Positions 9,943 to 19,440 of a stretch of DNA of 64,000 nucleotides are shown one piece after another. The number at the start of each line of letters is the position of its first letter. Positions within the stretch are counted from its first letter, which is position 1. Position numbers and translations under genes: made by a program. Below the pieces are notes generated by a model. That model ran no database searches, was not told where the DNA came from, and worked only from the letters and a program-made list of their open reading frames with translations. This stretch comes from an uncultured Trueperaceae bacterium (GTDB lineage: Bacteria > Deinococcota > Deinococci > Deinococcales > Trueperaceae): the NCBI GenBank assembly GCA_963799485.1, contig CAWCXJ010000006.1:160001-224000 (forward strand), read 5' to 3'.

Positions 9943-10971
9943 ATGACTCAGAGCACGCGTAAGCAGATAGATTGGGCGGCAGCGGGCGCACAGCTCGTAG
10001 CGGGCCGCGTCAGGCATTTCGGCGACCCGGCTGCCGAGGTAGCCGTTTTGGAAACTGCAGGCATTGTGCCGCTGTTAGGGACGGGCGCGCTCAGGCTTAC
10101 AGGGGCGGACAGGCTCGAGTTTCTCCACGGTCAGGTCAGTAACGAGGTCAAACGCCTGGCGCCGGGTGAAGGCCGCGCCGCGCTGATGCTCAATATTCGC
10201 GGACACGCACTCGCCCTGATGCGCCTCTACCGCCGCGAGGACGACCTCTTCGTAGCCGCTGAAGGGGGCGCTACGGCGCGGCTCGAGGCCGGGTTACGCG
10301 CTCACATCATCTTCGATCAGGTCGAGATTCACAACCTGAGTGACAGTTTGACCGCCCTCACACTTCAAGGTAGGGACGCCGGAAAAGTCCTGCTCGAGGT
10401 TTTCCGGGCGGACTTACCCGCTCCCGACACGTTTATACAGCTTCCGTTCGCCTCAGCCAAAGTGCTGGTCGGCCCGGTTTTTCGCAGTCGCGCGGGGGGC
10501 TTCGACCTGCACGTTTTAACCAGGGACGCCGGCGCGCTGGTGGCTGCGTTACAAGACGCCGGGGCGGGGCTTGCCGGGGAGGACGCGCTTACCGCGCTGC
10601 GTAGCGAAGCGGGTATCGCCGAAGCCGAGTTCGAAGGGGGCGAGGGCGTGCTGCCGCAAGAAGCGGGGCTTACTTACGCCCTCTCATACCGTAAAGGCTG
10701 TTATCTGGGGCAGGAGATCATGGCGCGTATCGAGGCGCGCGGCAAGGTGCGGCGGCGTTTGGTCGGACTAAAGCTCTCAGCGTTACCTGAACCCGGCGAG
10801 CGAGACCTCAAACAAGACGGTAAAACCGTTGGACGGTTGGGAGGCGTCGCGGCGCATCCACATCTAGGTATGATTGCGCTCGGGAGTGTTCGGACGGAAA
10901 TCGCAGCAGGCGAAACGTCAGAAGTCGGTCGGGTTCAGGCAGTCGTGACGGATTTGCCCATAACGCGTTAG
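9943..10971 (+). CDS. ygfZ: Folate-binding protein YgfZ/GcvT family
   Basis: KGCYLGQE signature; GcvT-type N-terminus (GADRLEFLHGQVSN). Confidence 0.9.
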   Translation: MTQSTRKQIDWAAAGAQLVAGRVRHFGDPAAEVAVLETAGIVPLLGTGALRLTGADRLEFLHGQVSNEVKRLAPGEGRAALMLNIRGHALALMRLYRREDDLFVAAEGGATARLEAGLRAHIIFDQVEIHNLSDSLTALTLQGRDAGKVLLEVFRADLPAPDTFIQLPFASAKVLVGPVFRSRAGGFDLHVLTRDAGALVAALQDAGAGLAGEDALTALRSEAGIAEAEFEGGEGVLPQEAGLTYALSYRKGCYLGQEIMARIEARGKVRRRLVGLKLSALPEPGERDLKQDGKTVGRLGGVAAHPHLGMIALGSVRTEIAAGETSEVGRVQAVVTDLPITR

Positions 10972-11016
10972 CGTGTACACAGCCGGTCTAGGTTATGTGC
11001 GCGCTATAATGACGCT

Positions 11017-12663
11017 ATGAAACCGAAAAAAGCGTGGCTCGAGGCGAGTTACCGCGCCGCCACCGTGCGCGTGCCGGAACGCCCCTACCCGTTTCGGACG
11101 CTCTCCAACCTCCCGGTCGAACCCGTCTATACTCATGAAGACTTAGCGGGCTTCGACCCGGACGAAAAGCTCGGCTACCCCGGCGAGTATCCGTACACGC
11201 GCGGCGTACAGGCGAGCATGTACCGCAGCAAACTCTGGACGATGCGGCAGTTTGCCGGGTTCGGCTCTGCCGCACAGACCAACGCCCGTTTTAAGAAACT
11301 CCTGGCAGCCGGTCAGACCGGGCTGTCAACGGCGTTCGATTTACCTACCCTGATGGGTTACGACGCCGACCATGAGATGGCGCGGGGCGAAGTCGGCAAG
11401 ATGGGCGTCGCGGTCTCGTCACTGGCCGATATGGAAATCCTGTTTGCCGGCATCGACGTCGAAGCCGTGACCACCTCGATGACCATCAACAGCCCTGCCA
11501 ACGCGGTTTGGGCGATGTACTTAGTCAACGCCGAAAAACGCGGGGCCGACCTCGGCAAGGTCGGCGGCACGCTGCAAAACGACATCTTAAAAGAGTTTAT
11601 CGCGCAAAAAGAGTACATCTTTCCGCCTGCGCCCTCCGTTGAACTCGTCATCGACACCTTCGAGTGGGGGCCGAAAGTTGTGCCGAAATGGAACTTTATC
11701 TCGGTCTCGGGCTATCACATCCGCGAAGCTGGCAGTACGGCGGTGCAAGAGCTGGCGTTTACGCTCGCCGACGGGCTTCACTATGTGCGGAAGGCGTTGG
11801 GGCGCGGCTTGGACATCGACGAGTTCGCGCCCCGTATCAGCTTTTTCTTCAACGTCCACAACGATTTTTTTGAAGAGATCGCCAAGTTTCGGGCGGCAAG
11901 GCGGATTTGGGCGCGGCAGATGCGCGATGTTTACGGCGCAAAAAACCCCAAATCGTGGATGCTCCGGACGCACGCGCAGACTGCCGGGGTCTCCTTGACC
12001 GCGCAGCAACCGCAGGTCAATATCGCCCGCGTTGCCATCCAAGCCCTCGCCGGAGTTTTGGGCGGCACCAACAGCCTCCACACCGACGCCTTCGACGAGG
12101 CGCTCGCCCTCCCAACCGAGGCCGCCGCCACCTTAGCGCTCAGGACGCAGCAGGTGATTGCGTATGAAACGGGCGTAACGAACACCGCCGACCCGCTCGG
12201 CGGCTCGTATTACCTCGAGGCCCTGACCGATGAGATGGAGCGCGCCTGCCTCGCCTATTTTGAACAGATTGACGCGCTCGGCGGCGTAGAAGCCGCGATA
12301 GACGCCGGCTTTTTTGCCGCTGAAATCGGGGACGCCTCGTATCAGCAGCAGCGCGAGTTCGACACCGCCGAACGCCTGACGGTCGGGGTCAACGCGTTCG
12401 TCTCGGAAGCTTCGGAAACGCCGCTCTTGCCTTTTAACCCGGAAGTGGAGCGAGAGCAGCAAAGGCGGCTCGCTACTGTGCGCCGCGAACGCGACCCGGG
12501 GGCCGCGCAAGCCGCCCTCGAGCGTCTCCAAAAAGCAGCTAAAGAGGGCCAAAACACCATGCCCGCATTTATGGCGTGCGCGCACGCCTACTGCACCTTG
12601 GGTGAGCAGATGGACGTACTGCGCGAGGTTTACGGCAGCTATCAGGAACCGGCGGTGGTCTGA
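11017..12663 (+). CDS. B12-dependent acyl-CoA mutase large subunit (isobutyryl-CoA mutase IcmA-type residues)
   Basis: [42 protein letters not shown]. Confidence 0.9.
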   Translation: MKPKKAWLEASYRAATVRVPERPYPFRTLSNLPVEPVYTHEDLAGFDPDEKLGYPGEYPYTRGVQASMYRSKLWTMRQFAGFGSAAQTNARFKKLLAAGQTGLSTAFDLPTLMGYDADHEMARGEVGKMGVAVSSLADMEILFAGIDVEAVTTSMTINSPANAVWAMYLVNAEKRGADLGKVGGTLQNDILKEFIAQKEYIFPPAPSVELVIDTFEWGPKVVPKWNFISVSGYHIREAGSTAVQELAFTLADGLHYVRKALGRGLDIDEFAPRISFFFNVHNDFFEEIAKFRAARRIWARQMRDVYGAKNPKSWMLRTHAQTAGVSLTAQQPQVNIARVAIQALAGVLGGTNSLHTDAFDEALALPTEAAATLALRTQQVIAYETGVTNTADPLGGSYYLEALTDEMERACLAYFEQIDALGGVEAAIDAGFFAAEIGDASYQQQREFDTAERLTVGVNAFVSEASETPLLPFNPEVEREQQRRLATVRRERDPGAAQAALERLQKAAKEGQNTMPAFMACAHAYCTLGEQMDVLREVYGSYQEPAVV

Positions 12664-13109
12664 TGACGGAGCACTCCGAAACCGCACTCGAGTCCGAACC
12701 CCGCCCCATCCGCGTGCTTATCGCCAAACCCGGTTTGGACGGTCACGACCGGGGCGCAAAAGTCATTGCCCGCGCCCTCCGCGACGCCGGCATGGAGGTT
12801 ATCTATACCGGCCTGCGGCAGACGAGCGACATGATCGTTTCAGCCGCTATCCAAGAAGACGTGGACGTGGTGGGCTTGTCGGTTTTGTCCGGCGCACACC
12901 TGCACTATTTTCAGGAACTTACCGACAAGTTGCGCGCACGCGGAGCCGACGACATCTTGATCTTCGGCGGCGGCATCGTGCCGGATGAAGACCTGCCGAA
13001 ACTCAAAAAGATGGGCGTAGCGGCGATTTTTACGCCGGGGACGAGTACGCAGGAGGTGGTGACATTTTTACGGGAGCAGCTACCCGAGGCTAAGACGCAG
13101 GAGCTTTGA
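12663..13109 (+). CDS. Cobalamin-binding small subunit of acyl-CoA mutase
   Basis: [10 protein letters not shown] (DxHxxG) base-off/His-on motif; start overlaps the upstream stop. Confidence 0.93.
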   Translation: MTEHSETALESEPRPIRVLIAKPGLDGHDRGAKVIARALRDAGMEVIYTGLRQTSDMIVSAAIQEDVDVVGLSVLSGAHLHYFQELTDKLRARGADDILIFGGGIVPDEDLPKLKKMGVAAIFTPGTSTQEVVTFLREQLPEAKTQEL

Positions 13110-13620
13110 GCGTCTTTTCAAAAAGAATGCCGCGCCAGCCGCCGAGTTTGAGCTGTGTAACTTCAGAGAACCCGGCACGGCGGTAATACGCACGTAAAGA
13201 GGCGTTTTCAGCCCAGCAGTCGAGCCGGAGGATGTCCAAACCCCTGTTCCTTGCCGCCTGTTCAGCCCAACCTAGCAGCACTTTGCCGACGCCCTGACCG
13301 GCGTAGTCGCGGTGAACAGCTAACGCCTCGAGATACCCGCCCGCCGCACGTTCATCACAAATACCTCGGGCGTAGTTCGGCGCTTCCGGACTAAAAACGA
13401 GCGTTCCGATCATCCGTTCGCCGTCTCTCACAACGAAAAAGTGTCCGGCACTCAGCCAAGCTGTAAATCTTTGCCGCTGCACCTCACTTGCCGAAAACGG
13501 TTCATTGCCCCACTGCTCTTTTAGACCTCGAGCCATGAGCCACGCCTGCACCGAGTCAAACAGCTCGAGTACCCCTTCCAAATCTCTTAGAGAAGCCGTT
13601 TGCACTTTAAGGGCGCTCAT
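13090..13620 (-). CDS. GNAT family N-acetyltransferase
   Basis: [34 protein letters not shown]. Confidence 0.88.
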   Translation of the reverse strand: MSALKVQTASLRDLEGVLELFDSVQAWLMARGLKEQWGNEPFSASEVQRQRFTAWLSAGHFFVVRDGERMIGTLVFSPEAPNYARGICDERAAGGYLEALAVHRDYAGQGVGKVLLGWAEQAARNRGLDILRLDCWAENASLRAYYRRAGFSEVTQLKLGGWRGILFEKTLKAPAS

Positions 13621-14534
13621 CGGTAGGACACAAAAACTTTTACGGGGGTAGTTGCAGACAGCTGTTCAAACGTTTCAGGCAGCTCCCCGGCCCCAACCCG
13701 CAACGTGAAAAGCTTGTCCAGCGGCACTTTCGTTTCCTGCCAATGTTCAAAAAAAGCCCGCGCGTGTCCCGGATAATCTTCCCCATCCGACGACGCGACA
13801 ACTGAAAGTTCACGGGCGTGAAACTCGGGAGTTAGAGCGAGCGGCTCGAGGTTCCCATCTGCCAGAATACAGATTTGACCTCCGACTTTCAGGTGACGTT
13901 GCAAGGTTGCAAAGCCGGCTTGGCGGCTCGAGCATTCCACCCCGGCGGCGTAGAGTTCACCGTTTGGTTTATCCGGCGAGAAAACAGCGCGCGCACCCAA
14001 CGTAAGCGCCAACTCTCGCCGCCTCGGTTCGGGTTCGACCACATCTGCTTGAAACCCCAGCCACCGTAAACGGTAGAGCGTCAGGAGTCCTACCGTTCCG
14101 GCTCCAGTGATGAGTACAGCGCCTTTACGGCCCAGCCGCAACTTTCCGACGCCCTTACTCGAGTCGTTCGACAAAACGGCTAAAAGCGCAATCTCATCGG
14201 GAACAGCGTCCGGAACACGCATGAGGTTTACGGCAGAAACGCACGCAGCGGTGCGGTGTCCGCAAGTTGAGACGACACGTTCGCCGACGCGGACGTTTTT
14301 TACGGCGTGGCCCGTCCGAACGACCCGTGCCAGACTCTCGTAACCGGTCATCAGCGGGTAGTTGGGGCTATCTACCGCACGCGCATCACCCCGGTAAAGG
14401 GGCAGTTCTGTCCCAACACTGACAGCTCCGGCAAGGGTCTCGAGCCACACTTCACCCGCTGCGGGTGGTTCTAGCTCGCCTTCTGTCCAACGCAAATCGC
14501 GCGGGCCGTAGAGGAGCAGTTCGGCGTAACGCAC
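13617..14534 (-). CDS. MDR/zinc-binding alcohol dehydrogenase family protein
   Basis: SVGTE, GYE, and GAGTVG Rossmann motif. Confidence 0.8.
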   Translation of the reverse strand: MRYAELLLYGPRDLRWTEGELEPPAAGEVWLETLAGAVSVGTELPLYRGDARAVDSPNYPLMTGYESLARVVRTGHAVKNVRVGERVVSTCGHRTAACVSAVNLMRVPDAVPDEIALLAVLSNDSSKGVGKLRLGRKGAVLITGAGTVGLLTLYRLRWLGFQADVVEPEPRRRELALTLGARAVFSPDKPNGELYAAGVECSSRQAGFATLQRHLKVGGQICILADGNLEPLALTPEFHARELSVVASSDGEDYPGHARAFFEHWQETKVPLDKLFTLRVGAGELPETFEQLSATTPVKVFVSYR

Positions 14535-14545
14535 CCGCTACTTCG

Positions 14546-15247
14546 TTACGATTCTTTCGCCCACAACAGCCGCCCACAGCTCGGGCAACGCGTCACACCT
14601 TTGCCACTCCGGGACTTTTGAATCACGTGAATCGGCAGCCGCACATTGCAGCCGCCGCACCGCTGATTGTCGATGATTTCGACCAGACCGACGCCGCGCC
14701 GCGCCTTCCGCACCTGCTCATACTGCTTTAAGAGCGGCGCGTCCACCTCTGCCGCGACCTTCTCGCGCTCGTCAGTGAGCGTTTCGATGCGGGCGTCTAC
14801 ATCCTTGACGCGGGCCGCTTCAGCTTCAGCGGCGCTCTCGAGTTCGGGTTCCAGGTCTTCGATGTCGCCGCGCAACCGGTTGACGTCTTCTTCAAAACCC
14901 TCGAGCCGTTCCAGCAGCGGCAGGGTATCTTCTTCCAGTTCTTGATAGCGCGTGGCAAACTGCATCTCCTGGTTTTGATACTGCGCCGCTTCTTTGGCGG
15001 TAGCGGCCCCCAACGCCCCCTGCGCGGCGCTTTTACGGCGCTCGTCGAGGGTCTTAAGCTCCAGCTCGCTCTGCGACACTTCTTTACGAAGCTCGCTATA
15101 GCGCACTTCAGCCGCCTCTAGTTCGGTTTGTAGCTGCGCGATACGCTCACGCAAACTAAGCAGTTCGGTGGGCGTCTGCCCCCGCTCTTCCAGGAGCGTG
15201 TCAAGGTCGAGGTCGCGGCGCTGCACCTGACTTAAGGTCTCGAGCAT
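14546..15247 (-). CDS. Coiled-coil protein with C-terminal C4 zinc ribbon (DUF164-like)
   Basis: Long coiled coil then CGGC...CPSCGRLL; GGAGG RBS. Confidence 0.88.
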   Translation of the reverse strand: MLETLSQVQRRDLDLDTLLEERGQTPTELLSLRERIAQLQTELEAAEVRYSELRKEVSQSELELKTLDERRKSAAQGALGAATAKEAAQYQNQEMQFATRYQELEEDTLPLLERLEGFEEDVNRLRGDIEDLEPELESAAEAEAARVKDVDARIETLTDEREKVAAEVDAPLLKQYEQVRKARRGVGLVEIIDNQRCGGCNVRLPIHVIQKSRSGKGVTRCPSCGRLLWAKES

Positions 15248-15288
15248 GGTTTCCTCCTGCGCCCTGCAGCACCGTAAAAATGCCCCAT

Positions 15289-15320
15289 AAAAAACCGCCC
15301 GGTCAAACGACGGGACGGTT
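15289..15320 (-). terminator. Intrinsic terminator inside the leader of the zinc-ribbon gene
   Basis: Minus strand AACCGTCCCGTC-GTTT-GACCGGGCGGTT followed by TTTT. Confidence 0.6.
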
Positions 15321-15414
15321 CAGGCTGGGCCACAGGGCGACTTCACTAGCTCACTCTAGCACACGCGTTCTAACGGTTTTGTCGCAGCTACGCCGCACTT
15401 GGTAGACTCGGCGC

Positions 15415-15879
15415 ATGTTCGAGGAGTCGGTCGAGAGTTTTATCACCCAGTGGCGGCCCTACGCCGCCGACGTTACGCTTTTCTCACACACCGAAGGAAC
15501 CCCGCTTTTAGAGTGCCGCGCCGCCGGCGTTATCTTCAGCGTCTTGGAGCGTACCGGCCCCTACAGCGCAGACATCGGCTCCGCCAAACTCATCTTGCAC
15601 CTTATGACCGAGCATATCGAGCAGTCCGGAGAAGCTGCGCGCAAGCTCACCGTGCTCGGGCCGAGTCAGCTCAAGGCGTGGGGTTTAGTCGTGTTGCGGC
15701 AGGGCCGGATGGTCGTCGTCGATGCGGGCGCGCCGCTTGTTATCGGGAGTTTTGCGCCGCTACCCGAGACGCTCGCTGCCGGTGACTGGGTAACGGTTAC
15801 GGGACTGCCGCCGGTTCACGGATTTTTGCTGCCTAAAACGACGCGTACGGCGCTCGCCCCGGCACACAGTGAGATTTAA
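15415..15879 (+). CDS. Hypothetical protein
   Basis: 154-aa ORF; TAGACT -10 box 6 nt before ATG. Confidence 0.7.
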   Translation: MFEESVESFITQWRPYAADVTLFSHTEGTPLLECRAAGVIFSVLERTGPYSADIGSAKLILHLMTEHIEQSGEAARKLTVLGPSQLKAWGLVVLRQGRMVVVDAGAPLVIGSFAPLPETLAAGDWVTVTGLPPVHGFLLPKTTRTALAPAHSEI

Positions 15880-15956
15880 CGGTGAGGTTTAACAGTAAGG
15901 TTTTACGGTGAGATTCAACCGTGAGATTTTACCGTAAAATCCGACAGTGAAAATAC
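15866..15956. repeat. Degenerate 13-bp tandem repeat, 7 copies (ACNGTGAGATTTN)
   Basis: Units start at 15866, 15879, 15892, 15905, 15918, 15931 and 15944. Confidence 0.85.
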
Positions 15957-15961
15957 CGAAA

Positions 15962-16825
15962 TCAAGCAACAGTTAGACGAACTTTGATATGCCAGGGGTC
16001 AACCGCTACGGCTTCCTCGGCTGTGGTGTCTACCGCGTAACCGGCGGCGCTGAGTCTGGCTGTAACCCGGCCCAGCTCGGCTTTTGAGGGTAGCTCAAGC
16101 CGCCATTCCAGCAGCCGCGCGTCGTCCGCTGCTGCGACGGGTGCGCCCGCCGCCCAGGTATTAAAGCCGACGTGGTGGTGATAGCCGCCTGCCGAAACGA
16201 ACCGAGCGCCCGGATACGAGGTGATAGTCGGTGCAAAACCCAGTCCCCGCTCGTAAAACGAAGCGGCCCTAGCGAGGTCGCCGACGTAAAAGTGAACGTG
16301 TCCCAGGGTCGTTCCGGCAGGCATCCCCCGGTAAGGTTTATCGCCTGCAGCGCTCAGCAGTCCCGGTACGTCGAGCGGCAAGCTGTCGCTGACGAGTTCG
16401 CCCTTTACGTGCTGCCATGCGTCGCGGGGCCGGTCGGCGTAAAGCTCGAGACCCAGGCCGTCCGGGTCGCTCAGGTAGAGCGCTTCGCTGAAAAGATGGT
16501 CGGCCATGCCGAGGTGAACCCCCGACGCGCTTATGTGCCGAAGTACCCTGCCGAGGTCGGCGCGGCCCGGGAGAAGTAGCGCCACATGATAGAGCCCCAA
16601 ACGCCCGCGTCTGGGTACAGGCCGCACACCCGGATGTTCACGCAGGGTGATGAGCGGGACGCCGCCCGCTGCGCCGAGCGACGCCGTACCCGCCGCTTGT
16701 GAACGCACCTCGAGGCCGAGCAAGCCCGCATAAAACGCCAGCGAACGCTCCAAAGCAGCCACTTGTAACGTCACCGGCCCAAGGCGAATGGTAGCAGGCA
16801 AGTGTGTCTGGGACGTTGTGGTCAT
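15962..16825 (-). CDS. VOC/glyoxalase family protein (CatE-like dioxygenase)
   Basis: GLYHVALLLP, ADHLFSEALYLSDPDGLGLELYADRP, GGYHHHVGFNTW. Confidence 0.88.
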   Translation of the reverse strand: MTTTSQTHLPATIRLGPVTLQVAALERSLAFYAGLLGLEVRSQAAGTASLGAAGGVPLITLREHPGVRPVPRRGRLGLYHVALLLPGRADLGRVLRHISASGVHLGMADHLFSEALYLSDPDGLGLELYADRPRDAWQHVKGELVSDSLPLDVPGLLSAAGDKPYRGMPAGTTLGHVHFYVGDLARAASFYERGLGFAPTITSYPGARFVSAGGYHHHVGFNTWAAGAPVAAADDARLLEWRLELPSKAELGRVTARLSAAGYAVDTTAEEAVAVDPWHIKVRLTVA

Positions 16826-16826
16826 G

Positions 16827-17279
16827 TTAATCCGCGCGACCCCGACCGAAAAGCGCGTCTAGGGCATAGGCACCGGGGCCGGTCAGAGCCAGCGCCAGCG
16901 ACGCACCGAAAAGTGTCAGGACGAACTCGTAACCGCCGCTTTGCGCGAAAAACCCGGCAGGTAGATGTACGAGAAATAGCGCGCCCAGCATATCGGCGGC
17001 GAGGAGAATAGCGACGAGCGGAGTTAGCAGACCTAAAATCAGGGCGATACCGCCGCCGAACTCGAGCAGCGACACCAGCGGCGCGGTAATACCCGGCAGC
17101 GGCGCGCCGATTTGCGTAAAAAAGCCGGTCACGCCCGGAATACCGGAGTTAAAAAACTTGTCGTAACCGTGAACCACGAAAACGACGCCGACGACAACGC
17201 GCAAAATCGCAAGGCCGACGGCGAGACGGGTCACAGTAGCAGGGGCGGCGGTTTCGGTAACGGTAGCTGAATCGGTCAT
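16827..17279 (-). CDS. DoxX family membrane protein (CatD-like)
   Basis: LRVVVGVVFVVHG, GGYEFVLTL, GPGAYALD. Confidence 0.88.
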   Translation of the reverse strand: MTDSATVTETAAPATVTRLAVGLAILRVVVGVVFVVHGYDKFFNSGIPGVTGFFTQIGAPLPGITAPLVSLLEFGGGIALILGLLTPLVAILLAADMLGALFLVHLPAGFFAQSGGYEFVLTLFGASLALALTGPGAYALDALFGRGRAD

Positions 17280-17293
17280 AGAAAATCTCCTGG

Positions 17294-17737
17294 TCAGGTG
17301 GTGCTGTGGGTGCGAGCGGCCTCGAGCAAGCTCAAAAACGCTCTCAGCTGCGCTTCACCAAGTTGCCCGAACTGACGGGCGTGAAGGTCTTTAAGAGGTG
17401 CGTCAAGCTCGGCGAGCAGCTCACGCCCCCTGTCGGTCAGGCGCGTCGTGACAACACGCCGGTCGGCGGTGCTGCGGCAGCGGGTGACGAGACCCTGCAC
17501 GCTCATCCGGTCCAAGAGCCGCGTCAGGTCGGGCGCGTGAACGAGGAGCCGTTCGCCGATTTCGCTAGCGGCGAGACCGGGATGTTCAAGGTTTTCTTCC
17601 GCTGCACCGCGTAGAATCCGCAAGATGTTAAACTGCGGTGCGCTCAGGCCGTGTTCTCTAAACAGTTCGGCGGCCTCGTAGCCAAGCGCAAGCGAAAGAC
17701 GCTGCAGGCTCAAGTAGACTTCGTGCTCGAGGCTCAT
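17294..17737 (-). CDS. MarR family transcriptional regulator (start uncertain)
   Basis: LSAPQFNILRIL, DLTRLLDRM, DRRVVTTRLTDRG. Confidence 0.88.
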   Translation of the reverse strand: MSLEHEVYLSLQRLSLALGYEAAELFREHGLSAPQFNILRILRGAAEENLEHPGLAASEIGERLLVHAPDLTRLLDRMSVQGLVTRCRSTADRRVVTTRLTDRGRELLAELDAPLKDLHARQFGQLGEAQLRAFLSLLEAARTHSTT

Positions 17738-17791
17738 ATTGGACGTCTGGGTCTGGTTAGCGGACAGGGCCGTAGACCTCCTTCCATAAAC

Positions 17792-17820
17792 TTGTTCCAA
17801 CAATAGTTGTTTCAACAACT
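17792..17820. promoter_or_regulatory. Tandem palindromic operator (probable MarR site)
   Basis: TTGTT-CC-AACAA (17792-17803) and AGTTGTT-TC-AACAACT (17805-17820) just upstream of the marR RBS. Confidence 0.6.
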
Positions 17821-17939
17821 TTTTGTCAAGACGGCCTGACTTACGGCGCGTTCACTTGTGCTGCACCCTCGAGCCGAAAGGATACTGTCTAGTCCGGCCC
17901 GATTCTCAGTTTGTTTGAAGTGTCGCCTCTGGCAGCCGG

Positions 17940-19385
17940 TTACAAAGCGTCACCGGTTGCCGAAATCCCGGCAGCAGCCTCGAGCGCCCCCGCGACCCGC
18001 AGCACCCGCGCGTCTGCCAGGGCCGGGGCCAAAAGCTGTACCCCACACGGCAACCCGTTCTCCGCCGTACCCGCCGGAACACTAATAGCCGGAACGCCCG
18101 CGAGGTTTGCCAGCACCGTATCGACGTCACCTAGATACATCGCCAGCGGATCGTTTACGTTTGCACCGAGAGGGAACGCAACTGTCGGAGCCGTCGGCGT
18201 CAGCAGCAGGTCGTAGTCTGCAAATGCCCGGGCCATATCGTCGGCGATCAGACGGCGCACCTTGAGGGCCTTGCCGTAGTAAGCGTCGTAGTATCCGGCT
18301 GACAGCGCGTAGGTTCCCATCAGGATACGGCGGCGCACCTCCGGGCCGAAACTCTCGCCGCGCGAACGCATCATCACCTCGGCTTGTCCAAGCCGGTTCG
18401 CGCCGCTGCGGTGACTGTAGAGCATCCCGTCAAAGCGCGCCAGGTTCGACGACGCTTCGGCCGGGGCGACCAGATAGTAGGCCGCTACGCCGTGCGGCGC
18501 GTGCGGCAACGAGACCTCACCGACTTCAGCCCCCAGGTCTCGCAGGGTTTTTTCGGTGCGCCCCAAAGCCGCCAAAACCCCGGCGCTGTTCCCTTCCCCG
18601 CAGAGTTCGGTGACCTTGCCGATACGGAAGCCGCTCAGGTCGCCCGGAGTGCGCGCGTCCGTCAAGTCGGGAGAGTCCGGGAGGCTGGTGGCATCATATG
18701 GGTCGTGAGCGAACATCACCGACAGGGCAAGCTCCAAATCACGGGTGCTGCGCGCCAAGACGCCGACCTGCTCCAGAGAGCTTGCGAACGCGATGACCCC
18801 GTAACGCGACAATGCGCCGTAGGTCGGCTTAAAGCCCAAGACCCCCGTAAAACTCGCGGGTTGCCGCACCGAGCCGCCCGTATCGGTACCGAGTGCGAGC
18901 GGGACGACGCCCGCAGCAACCGCCGCCGCCGAACCCCCCGACGAGCCGCCGGAAACGTACGCCGGGTTTCGTGGGTTACGCACCGGGCCGTACGCCGAGT
19001 TTTCGCTCGAGCTGCCCATCCCGAACTCGTCCAGGTTGGTTTTGCCGATGACAATCGCCCCGGCAGCCTCGAGCCGCGCCACCACCGTCGCGTTATAGGG
19101 CGGGACGAAGGTGTCCAGGCTTTTCGACCCCGCCGTCGTCCGAACGCCCAGGGTGCAGATATTGTCCTTGACCGCGACCGGTACCCCGGCAAGCGGCCCC
19201 AAGGTCTCCCCGGCAGCGCGGCGGGCGTCTACGGCGCGGGCCCGCTCGACAGCCTCCGGCAAGAGGGTGATAAAAGCGTTTAGCGCCGAGGCTGCCTCAG
19301 CCCGGGAGAGCGCACCACGCACCGCGTCTTCTGCGCTCAGCTTACCCTTTTGCACCGCCGCTGCCGTTTCAAAAGCCGTCGTCAT
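17940..19385 (-). CDS. gatA: Asp-tRNA(Asn)/Glu-tRNA(Gln) amidotransferase subunit A
   Basis: KDNI, GGSSGGSAAAV, GTDTGGSVRQPA, EASSNLARFDG, EVRRRILMGTYALSAGYYDAYY. Confidence 0.95.
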   Translation of the reverse strand: MTTAFETAAAVQKGKLSAEDAVRGALSRAEAASALNAFITLLPEAVERARAVDARRAAGETLGPLAGVPVAVKDNICTLGVRTTAGSKSLDTFVPPYNATVVARLEAAGAIVIGKTNLDEFGMGSSSENSAYGPVRNPRNPAYVSGGSSGGSAAAVAAGVVPLALGTDTGGSVRQPASFTGVLGFKPTYGALSRYGVIAFASSLEQVGVLARSTRDLELALSVMFAHDPYDATSLPDSPDLTDARTPGDLSGFRIGKVTELCGEGNSAGVLAALGRTEKTLRDLGAEVGEVSLPHAPHGVAAYYLVAPAEASSNLARFDGMLYSHRSGANRLGQAEVMMRSRGESFGPEVRRRILMGTYALSAGYYDAYYGKALKVRRLIADDMARAFADYDLLLTPTAPTVAFPLGANVNDPLAMYLGDVDTVLANLAGVPAISVPAGTAENGLPCGVQLLAPALADARVLRVAGALEAAAGISATGDAL

Positions 19386-19440
19386 GAGGTGCAGCATAAC
19401 AAGCCTGCCGGGTGCAGTGCAGCGCGCTATACTCACCTGA

